Below, in pieces: positions 36,577 through 43,375 of a stretch of DNA of 46,766 nt. Position numbers and translations under genes: made by a program. Source of the DNA: Terriglobales bacterium (GTDB lineage Bacteria > Acidobacteriota > Terriglobia > Terriglobales > SCQP01); contig JBOGKK010000004.1 of assembly GCA_050745425.1 (NCBI GenBank), positions 1 through 46,766 of the forward strand. The letters are read 5' to 3'. Position 1 is the first letter of the stretch. Each line of letters begins with the position of its first letter. The notes beneath the pieces were generated by a model. That model saw only the letters and a list, made by a program, of their open reading frames with translations, did no database searches and was not told where the DNA came from.

Positions 36577-37311
36577 TTACAGCAGGCAGCTAGTGCTGAC
36601 GACATTGGCGTCGCACGCCTTGGTTGCTTCCGCAGTCGCTGCATTCGCAGCTGCAGTCGCTGCATTCGCAGCCGCAGTCGCTGCATCCGCAGACGCCATG
36701 GCGTTGTTCGCAGCCGTCTTGGCCTTGGTGGCCATAACAGTGCTCACGACGCCCAAGACAGCGCTTGTGCCCGACAGGATCGGCCCCAGCATGCTTGCGC
36801 CAGCGGTAGCCTGGTATGCAGCAGACGAATCATTGAACTCGACGGACTTGCCGGCGGGAACAGTGACGCTGCCTTTGGCAGACTTCACAGCGACCTTGCC
36901 CGCGACAGTCTCAACGTAGACTTTCCCCGAAAGGTCGTAGACGTTGAAACGAGCGTTGGACGAGGACGGAACAACGGTGCGGGTGGAGAGGGCGACCGGC
37001 AGGAAGCCAGAAACCTCGACCAGCCCATTGCTCAGGCGGATTTGGGTAGCGCCTTTGACGCTCTCCATCCGGAAATTAGTGTTAGAGCCAGCGATTAGCG
37101 AACCGCCCGGCAGCACCATACGGGCGCTACCAGCGGTGCTCGTCGAAACCAAATCCCCGGCAACGATAGCCGAGCCCGCAGCGACAGGTTGGCCATTAAC
37201 AGCCACCGTGCCTGCCGTCGGACTCACAATCGCGCCAGTGGTTCCAAACATGGGCAGGCATGCAACTCCAGCGACCACGCCCATCGCCATGAGTGTACGG
37301 CGAATGTTCAT
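36577..37311 (-). CDS. FecR-domain secreted/anchored protein, paralog 3 (with AATAAAN heptad repeats)
   Basis: The MNIRRTLMAMGVVAGVACLPMFGTTGAI start at 37311 has SD AAGGAGG. Same FecR-like core as paralogs 1 and 2. The C-terminal region carries three 7-aa repeats encoded by a 21-bp tandem repeat. Confidence 0.72.
   Translation of the reverse strand: MNIRRTLMAMGVVAGVACLPMFGTTGAIVSPTAGTVAVNGQPVAAGSAIVAGDLVSTSTAGSARMVLPGGSLIAGSNTNFRMESVKGATQIRLSNGLVEVSGFLPVALSTRTVVPSSSNARFNVYDLSGKVYVETVAGKVAVKSAKGSVTVPAGKSVEFNDSSAAYQATAGASMLGPILSGTSAVLGVVSTVMATKAKTAANNAMASADAATAAANAATAAANAATAEATKACDANVVSTSCLL
36633..36695. repeat. in-frame 21-bp tandem repeat, three copies
   Basis: CAGTCGCTGCATTCGCAGCTG / CAGTCGCTGCATTCGCAGCCG / CAGTCGCTGCATCCGCAGACG on the plus strand. 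On the coding strand this encodes AATAAAN-type heptads. Confidence 0.85.
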
Positions 37312-37360
37312 CGAAACCTCCTTGACATTGCGGACAGATACAACAGCACTACCGCTCACA

Positions 37361-37389
37361 TTTGTACCATCGGCTCAGAGGGCTTGCAA
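37361..37389 (-). promoter_or_regulatory. candidate sigma70-type promoter for FecR-like paralog 3
   Basis: Minus strand TTGCAA, 17 nt, TACAAA, located about 45 nt upstream of the SD. Prediction by eye only. Confidence 0.3.
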
Positions 37390-37565
37390 GTGAATTCCGA
37401 GCGCATAGGAAGATTTATTTTGAAACATAGTGACGACTGGGGTTAGACCCCAAGATGTAGTGCTGCTGCCAATGTGCGGCACTACGAAAAGGCAGGCCGG
37501 CCAGCATTGCCTCCGACTCGAAAGAACGCAGCGGCTTTGACAAAGCGTACAATCGCAGCATTGGT

Positions 37566-38339
37566 GTGACCATGGACACAGCCAAATACTACCCTGCTGT
37601 GATTACCGCGCGCTGCAATTTGAGCAGCGATTTGTGGACGGTGCGTATGCGGCTGGCGGAGCCGTTCCCTTTCCGGCCCGGCCAATACGCAACCCTGGCA
37701 GTGGAAGATGCCAACGGCATCCACGAACGCCCGTACTCGATTGTGTCCAGCCCATCAGAGGAGGAGATGGAGTTGTTCTTCGAGCTCGTGCCGCACGGCG
37801 AGTTGACGCCGCTGCTCTACGCACTGCAGGTTGGCGACACGGTGCATGTGCGCCGCTCAGCCAAAGGTTTGTTTCAACTCGACCGCAAGCGTGGGCACTT
37901 GCAGCACTTGCTGGTAGCCACGGTTACCGGCGTCGCTCCGTTCGTGAGCATGCTGCGGAGTTGGGCGCGTGATCCGGCGTGGGCGCCGGCAGGCACGCGC
38001 ATGGTTCTCATCCAGGCCGGCAGCCGGTCCTGGGAATTTGGCTATGCGGAGGAATTACAGCAACTCGCGGCGCGGCTGCCGAACGTGCAGGTAGCGTTTT
38101 CGATTTCGCGCCACTGGGAAGACACATCGTGGACGGGCGAGCGCGGTCGCGCCGAAGATCTGATACGCAAATACGCCGACGCGGCTGGTTTTGGCGCGGG
38201 GCAAACGGCAGCGTATCTGTGCGGCCATCCGCAGATGATCGAAAACAGCAAAGGGATTCTCACGCGCTGCGGCTTTCTCAAACCGGACCTGCATGAAGAG
38301 GTCTACTTCATCCTGCCTAAGGCAGCAACCAACGCTTAA
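37566..38339 (+). CDS. ferredoxin--NADP(+) reductase family flavoprotein
   Basis: RPGQYATL, the FAD-binding RPYSIVSSP (RxYS) and the NAD(P)-binding LVATVTGVAPF. 257 aa, typical of bacterial-type FNR. Confidence 0.87.
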   Translation: MTMDTAKYYPAVITARCNLSSDLWTVRMRLAEPFPFRPGQYATLAVEDANGIHERPYSIVSSPSEEEMELFFELVPHGELTPLLYALQVGDTVHVRRSAKGLFQLDRKRGHLQHLLVATVTGVAPFVSMLRSWARDPAWAPAGTRMVLIQAGSRSWEFGYAEELQQLAARLPNVQVAFSISRHWEDTSWTGERGRAEDLIRKYADAAGFGAGQTAAYLCGHPQMIENSKGILTRCGFLKPDLHEEVYFILPKAATNA

Positions 38340-38364
38340 TTGAAAGCTCCGGCTGGCGACTGCG

Positions 38365-39177
38365 TCAGCCCACAGCCGGCCATCGCTGCAGCCAGGCACA
38401 GGTTGCCTGAGCTGCGGTGGCACTGGCATCGGGACGCAAGCGGGCCACCGCAATTTCGGCACCCGCCAGTAGCGGTCCGGACCATGGATCCATCTCCGCG
38501 CGCTCCAACTGCGGAGCAAAAATCACGGGCGTTGAGACTCCCGTACGGCGCCTGATTTCGGCGAGCAGCGCCGCAGCCTGCAGTCTGCCCTCACGGAACA
38601 ACAGGGGGCTGTAGACGGAAACCGCGAGGGCGGGAGCACGTGCCACCAGGGTTGCCGTGAAGCGATCTCCGGGCGGGCGGCGAGTCACGCCAGCGCCCAC
38701 CAGACTGACCACCGCGGCCAGGGCGGGCCGGTCCGTCAGCCGCGCCATTTCGGCAACAGCGCTGCGCAACTTTTCGGCGGCGACCGATACGGGATCGGCT
38801 GCGTTCGCTTCCCACCAGCCCAGTTCGTCGCGGTTCGCCGCCGGGTCGCCTGCCAGCCACAGCTCGGCACACAACTGCTGAGGGCGCGGTTCCAGCCAGC
38901 GCCAGGCGGCCGCAGCGGCGGGCTCGGCGGCGTCCACGATGGCCGCGTCTGCTTGCCGGTCGAGCACCGCCAGCAGGGCGCGCAGCGATGGCGATTGCAA
39001 CGCTGCCATGGCTTCGGCCGGGGTGGCGCCCGATGGCGCGCGCCGTTCCAGCCATAGCCGCTGCCAGCGCTCGCGCCGGCGCTCGTCGGTGGGCATGGGA
39101 GGACAGAGGAGATCAAAACCCGTGGAGGCCAGCAACGGGCGTAGCGAATCGGGAGCGGCGAGGCGAAGAGGGGCCAC
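38365..39177 (-). CDS. hypothetical protein downstream of selD
   Basis: 270-aa ORF with a GTG start. Third-codon positions are strongly G/C-biased in this frame, like the flanking genes, which supports coding. I recognise no motif. Confidence 0.5.
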   Translation of the reverse strand: MAPLRLAAPDSLRPLLASTGFDLLCPPMPTDERRRERWQRLWLERRAPSGATPAEAMAALQSPSLRALLAVLDRQADAAIVDAAEPAAAAAWRWLEPRPQQLCAELWLAGDPAANRDELGWWEANAADPVSVAAEKLRSAVAEMARLTDRPALAAVVSLVGAGVTRRPPGDRFTATLVARAPALAVSVYSPLLFREGRLQAAALLAEIRRRTGVSTPVIFAPQLERAEMDPWSGPLLAGAEIAVARLRPDASATAAQATCAWLQRWPAVG

Positions 39178-39200
39178 GAGGGCGAGTGTACAACGGAACC

Positions 39201-39280
39201 TAACGCAGTTGCAGACTTGGTGCAGCCCGCTCCGGGGGAGAGCGTGCGGCTCTTCCTGATGTCAGAGCCGCACAGGAGCT
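39201..39280. repeat. partial copy (left arm plus hairpin core) of the 14192-14303 repeat element
   Basis: CAGACTTGGTG...GCTCCGGG...GTGCGGCTCTTCCTGATGTCAGAGCCGCAC parallels 14201-14262. 10-bp hairpin at 39244-39273 begins 6 nt after the selD TAG stop. The element runs from a TA (39201-39202) to the TA of the selD stop (39280-39281). Confidence 0.45.
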
Positions 39281-40298
39281 AGGCGACCGTCAGGCAGCAA
39301 TTTCCGCGCTGCGCTGGTTCGACGCACCCGATACATACGCCGGGAAATCCGCTGGCTGCGCCGGCAGGCAGGCCGAGCAATAATCCGCCGCTGGTTTGTG
39401 GATCGAATAGCAAGGCCTGCAAATCTTCGGGCACCGCCGCGCCCATTTCCACCGCAGGGGAGACAAAGGCGCGATTGTTGAGCAGTCCCTGCGACTGGCA
39501 TGACAGCGCACAAGCGCGTGCGCCCGGAAGCAAGGGGACGGCCGCGGCCTCGAGGCGATAATGGACGCCGCTGGCAAGCGCCATTTCGCGGGCATGCCCG
39601 AGCAGGCCAAAGCCGGTGATATCGGTAGCGGCGTGCGCACCTGCGGCCAGTGCCGCCGCCGCCGCGTCACGATTGAGGGTGCGCATGGACCGCACCGCGG
39701 CCGCGAAATCCTGCGGATCCAGTGGTGCGCCGCGCTTGAGCGCGGTGGTGATCACGCCGGTGCCGATGGCCTTGGTCAAAACCAGGCGATCGCCGGCCTG
39801 GGCGCCGCAGTTGCGCAGCACGCGGGCGGAGTCGACCAGCCCGGTAATGCTGTAGCCAAACTTCAACTCCTCATCGCGCACGCTGTGGCCGCCGCCGAGC
39901 GCACAGCCCGCCTGCGCCAGCGTATCGAGGCCGCCTTGCAGAATACATTGCAGCAGTTCCGTACTTTCGCCCGCAGGAAAACCGAGGATGGAAAGCGCGA
40001 CGATGGGACGCCCGCCCATGGCGTAGACATCGCTGAGAGCATTCGTGGCGGCAATGGCGCCGAAATCGGCCGGGTCGTCCACAATCGGGGTAAAAAAATC
40101 AACCGTCTGCACCAACGCCATGCCTGCGGCGATGGGCTCGGGCAGCTTATAGACGGCGGCATCCTCGGCGCCTTCAAACCCCACCAGCAAGTTCGCATCG
40201 CGGTAGCCGTGCAGAGCCGGCAGCACGGCGTCCAGAATTTGAGGGCTGAGCTTGGCCGCGCACCCGCAGGCGCGAGCCAGTTCGGTCAATCGGCGCAT
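39279..40298 (-). CDS. selD: selenide, water dikinase (selenophosphate synthetase), Cys-type
   Basis: N-terminal ACGCAAKLSP (catalytic Cys/Lys loop, with Cys rather than Sec), DDPADFGAIAATNALSDVYAMGGRP, and the C-terminal AIR-synthase-like fold. Confidence 0.93.
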   Translation of the reverse strand: MRRLTELARACGCAAKLSPQILDAVLPALHGYRDANLLVGFEGAEDAAVYKLPEPIAAGMALVQTVDFFTPIVDDPADFGAIAATNALSDVYAMGGRPIVALSILGFPAGESTELLQCILQGGLDTLAQAGCALGGGHSVRDEELKFGYSITGLVDSARVLRNCGAQAGDRLVLTKAIGTGVITTALKRGAPLDPQDFAAAVRSMRTLNRDAAAAALAAGAHAATDITGFGLLGHAREMALASGVHYRLEAAAVPLLPGARACALSCQSQGLLNNRAFVSPAVEMGAAVPEDLQALLFDPQTSGGLLLGLPAGAASGFPGVCIGCVEPAQRGNCCLTVA

Positions 40299-40386
40299 GA
40301 GCTGATTATCCCTCTATTGATTGGCGCGGGGCCCCATCGCCGGCCTGCCTCTGCTAAAATAAAGCCCGCAAACGAACCTCAAGCCG

Positions 40387-41295
40387 ATGCTCACGACGCC
40401 GCCCCGTTTAATTCGCAAAGCCGTATTTCCCGCCGCTGGCCTGGGTACGCGATTTTTACCCGCCACCAAAGCGCAGCCGAAGGAGATGCTGCCGCTGGTC
40501 GACAAGCCGATTATCCAGTATGGCGTCGAAGAAGCGCTGGACAGCGGGATCGATGAGATCGTGATCGTGACCGGACGCGGCAAAAACTCCATCGAGGATC
40601 ATTTCGACGTCAGCTACGAGCTCGAGCGGACGCTGGAGGAAAAGGGTAAAACCGATTTATTGGCGGTGGTGCGCGAGGTAAGCGACATGATCCACGTCGC
40701 GTACGTGCGCCAAAAAGAGGCTCTCGGCCTGGGGCATGCGGTGCTGGCGGCGGAAAGCCTGGTCGCGGGCGAACCCTTCGCCGTGCTGCTGGCCGACGAT
40801 GTCATTGACGCTCAGGTTCCGGTCATGCGTCAGATGCTGGACGTGTACGAAGCCACCGGGGCGAGCGTGGTCGCGGTGGAAAAAATCAGCGGGGAGGCGA
40901 TATCCAGCTACGGCGTGGTCAAACCGGCTGCGGTTCAGGACAACTTCGACCCGGATCGTTTTCTTGGTCCGGTCGTCCGCCTCGCCGATCTGATCGAAAA
41001 GCCGCGTCTGGAAGATGCCCCTTCCGATCTGGCGGTGGTCGGCCGCTACTTGCTGACGCCGGGCATTTTCAAGCATCTGCGGCATCAGAAACGCGGCACG
41101 GGCGGCGAAATACAACTCACCGACGCCATGCGCGCCCTCGCCCAGGAAGAACCGTTTTACGCCTACCAGTTCCAAGGCCGGCGCCACGATACGGGCGACA
41201 AGCTCGGTTTTCTGCAGGCGACGGTGGAGCTGGCGCTGCAGCGCGAAGACCTGGGCGCGGCATTTCGGCAGTATCTGCATGCCTTGCAGCTTTAA
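40387..41295 (+). CDS. galU: UTP--glucose-1-phosphate uridylyltransferase
   Basis: KAVFPAAGLGTRFLPATKAQPKEMLPLVDKPIIQY and VGRYLLTP are canonical GalU motifs. Confidence 0.93.
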   Translation: MLTTPPRLIRKAVFPAAGLGTRFLPATKAQPKEMLPLVDKPIIQYGVEEALDSGIDEIVIVTGRGKNSIEDHFDVSYELERTLEEKGKTDLLAVVREVSDMIHVAYVRQKEALGLGHAVLAAESLVAGEPFAVLLADDVIDAQVPVMRQMLDVYEATGASVVAVEKISGEAISSYGVVKPAAVQDNFDPDRFLGPVVRLADLIEKPRLEDAPSDLAVVGRYLLTPGIFKHLRHQKRGTGGEIQLTDAMRALAQEEPFYAYQFQGRRHDTGDKLGFLQATVELALQREDLGAAFRQYLHALQL

Positions 41296-41929
41296 AGCGC
41301 TGCCCCGGAGTTTTTTTAACGCCGGTCCCACTCAGGTTGCTCCGGCGCTGCTCGGCAAACTGCTGATCCGGCGCCATCGTGGCCGCGAGCACCGTATCCG
41401 CCTGGTCGAAACCGAAGCCTATCGCGGCAGCGGTGATGATGCCGCGCACTCCGCGGCGGGGCGCACGGCGCGCAATGCGGTTCTGTTTGGCGAGCCTGGG
41501 CATGCCTACCTTTACCTGATTTATGGCCTGCATCTTTGCCTGAATGTGTCCACGCTACCGGAGGGACAGGCCGGCGGGGTGCTGTTCCGCGGGGCGGAAG
41601 AAGACGGCTTGCCGCCGATCACCTATTCCGGTCCGGGCCGCCTGAGCCGCGCCCTGGGCCTCAGCCTGGCCGACAACGGATGCGACCTGACCGCGCCTGG
41701 AAGTCTGTTCCTCGCCGACGACGGCGCGCGTCCTGCTGCCATTGCGGTTACGCCGCGTGTCGGCATCCGCAAGGCCGCACAGTTGCCCTACCGCTTTTTT
41801 CTTCCCGGCCACGACGCGGTTACGCGCCCGCGCGGCCCGGTGCTCGAAGTGCTGCGCGGCAGCGCCATCTCCGCGCTCTTGCCGATTGCATCCGGCAGCG
41901 CCAAAACGCTATACTCCGGCATATCCTGA
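41279..41929 (+). CDS. mpg: DNA-3-methyladenine glycosylase (Mpg/AAG family)
   Basis: FFNAGPTQVAPALLGKLL, ETEAY and GHAYLYLIYGLHLCLNV are Mpg family blocks. It overlaps the galU 3' end by 17 nt. Confidence 0.9.
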   Translation: MPCSFKALPRSFFNAGPTQVAPALLGKLLIRRHRGREHRIRLVETEAYRGSGDDAAHSAAGRTARNAVLFGEPGHAYLYLIYGLHLCLNVSTLPEGQAGGVLFRGAEEDGLPPITYSGPGRLSRALGLSLADNGCDLTAPGSLFLADDGARPAAIAVTPRVGIRKAAQLPYRFFLPGHDAVTRPRGPVLEVLRGSAISALLPIASGSAKTLYSGIS

Positions 41930-41963
41930 AGGGCTTTTTGCTTTCTGCAATTGATTTTGTCTT

Positions 41964-42248
41964 ATGGCCACCACCACCGCGCAACAGGCTGAACTCATGA
42001 CCGAGGGATGGGAAGAATTCCTCGAACTGGAAACCAAGATACACCGCGTCGCCGAGGCTTTGCAGCAGGCGCGCGCCGAGCGCGATCGCGCCCAGGCCGA
42101 TCTGTCTGCCCTGCAGGCGGCCCACGAGAAACTGCTGCAGGGACACTCGCAAAACGAACATGAGCTGGTACAGTTGCGCAAGGAGAGGCACGAGGTACGC
42201 CAGCGCATCGCCCGTCTCAGCAAACAACTGGAGGGAGCGGAGACTTAG
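41964..42248 (+). CDS. coiled-coil protein, ZapB-like (tentative)
   Basis: 94-aa heptad-rich sequence directly upstream of zapA. The assignment rests on position and composition only. Confidence 0.5.
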   Translation: MATTTAQQAELMTEGWEEFLELETKIHRVAEALQQARAERDRAQADLSALQAAHEKLLQGHSQNEHELVQLRKERHEVRQRIARLSKQLEGAET

Positions 42249-42265
42249 CGCCCGCGACACCCGGC

Positions 42266-42550
42266 ATGAGCAGCACCCGCGTCAGCATTTACGACCAGAA
42301 TTACTCGATCGCGGGCGGCGATGCCGCCACCGTCGAACGCTTGGCCGAGCGTGTGGATCGCAAAATGCGCCAGGTCGCAAAGGAAGCGCGCGTGGTCGAC
42401 TCGATGCGCGTTGCGGTGCTGACCGCCATCAATTTTGCCGACGAAAACGAACGCTTGTGCACCGAGGTCGAGCGCCTGCGGCATCAGGTCGGCGAGCGCG
42501 CCCGCGCCTTAGCCGCCGATCTCGATCACCTGCTGCACCGGGCGAGGTAA
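42266..42550 (+). CDS. zapA: cell division protein ZapA
   Basis: VSIYDQNYSIAGGDAATVERLAERVDRKMRQV...MRVAVLTAINFADE matches the ZapA fold pattern (N-terminal beta region plus coiled coil). Confidence 0.85.
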   Translation: MSSTRVSIYDQNYSIAGGDAATVERLAERVDRKMRQVAKEARVVDSMRVAVLTAINFADENERLCTEVERLRHQVGERARALAADLDHLLHRAR

Positions 42551-42559
42551 GCAGGCACG

Positions 42560-43363
42560 ATGCGGCTGCTTTTCATCGGCGATATCTATGGCCACCCGGG
42601 CCGCCGCGTGGTGCGCGACCATCTCGGCGATGTCGCGACGCAAAACAAGATCGACGTGATTGTCGCCAACGGCGAAAACGCCGCCGCCGGTTTCGGCATC
42701 ACTCCGCCGCTGGTGCAGGAACTGCTGGGCTACGGCATTGCCGTACTCACCGGTGGCAATCACATTTGGGACAAGCGCGAAATCGGCCCCTGGTGGGACA
42801 GCGCCCAAGATCATCCCGAACATCCGGCGCAACGGCTCCTGCGCCCCGCCAACTTCGGCAATGCCCTGCCCGGCCGGGGAGTATTCCAGGGACAGACGAG
42901 TACGGGCGAACGCTTCGCCGTGCTCAATCTTCAGGGCCGCGTTTTCATGACCCCGCTGGCGTGCCCATTCCGCACCGCGGATGCGTTGCTGAGCGATTTG
43001 CCGCCCGATTGCCGCACCATTCTCGTCGATATGCATGCCGAGGCCAGCAGCGAAAAGCAGGCCATGGGATGGTATCTCGACGGCCGGGTGACGGCGGTGC
43101 TGGGGACGCACACGCATGTACCGACTGCGGATGAGCGCATTCTGCCGCAAGGCACGGCTTTCCAGACCGACGTGGGTATGACCGGCGCTTACGCGGGCGT
43201 GATCGGCTCGAAGTTCGAAAGTGTGCGGCCGCGTATGCTGCATGGATATCCGGGCAAGCTCGAACCCGCCAGCGGCGACGTTCGCCTCTGCGGCACCATC
43301 ATCGACAGCCAGGACGGGCGCGCGCGCTCCATCGAACGCGTGCAGTTGCGCATTCAGGAATAG
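42560..43363 (+). CDS. ymdB: YmdB family metallophosphoesterase (2',3'-cyclic-nucleotide 2'-phosphodiesterase)
   Basis: MRLLFIGDIYGHPGR, ANGENAAAGFGIT, GGNHIWD and GTHTHVPTADE are the TIGR00282/YmdB metallophosphatase motifs. Confidence 0.92.
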   Translation: MRLLFIGDIYGHPGRRVVRDHLGDVATQNKIDVIVANGENAAAGFGITPPLVQELLGYGIAVLTGGNHIWDKREIGPWWDSAQDHPEHPAQRLLRPANFGNALPGRGVFQGQTSTGERFAVLNLQGRVFMTPLACPFRTADALLSDLPPDCRTILVDMHAEASSEKQAMGWYLDGRVTAVLGTHTHVPTADERILPQGTAFQTDVGMTGAYAGVIGSKFESVRPRMLHGYPGKLEPASGDVRLCGTIIDSQDGRARSIERVQLRIQE

Positions 43364-43375
43364 GCCTTCCGGCTG

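Noticed and set aside
36633-36695. CRISPR-like or regulatory repeat array
   Set aside because: The units are directly adjacent with no spacers, are 21 bp (in frame) and lie inside a coding region. This is a coding tandem repeat, not a CRISPR array.
37535-37565. Promoter TTGACA/TACAAT upstream of the ferredoxin-NADP reductase gene, implying a near-leaderless mRNA
   Set aside because: The two hexamers are only 5 nt apart, so they cannot be one promoter. Either could pair with a poor partner. Too ambiguous to call without transcription start mapping.
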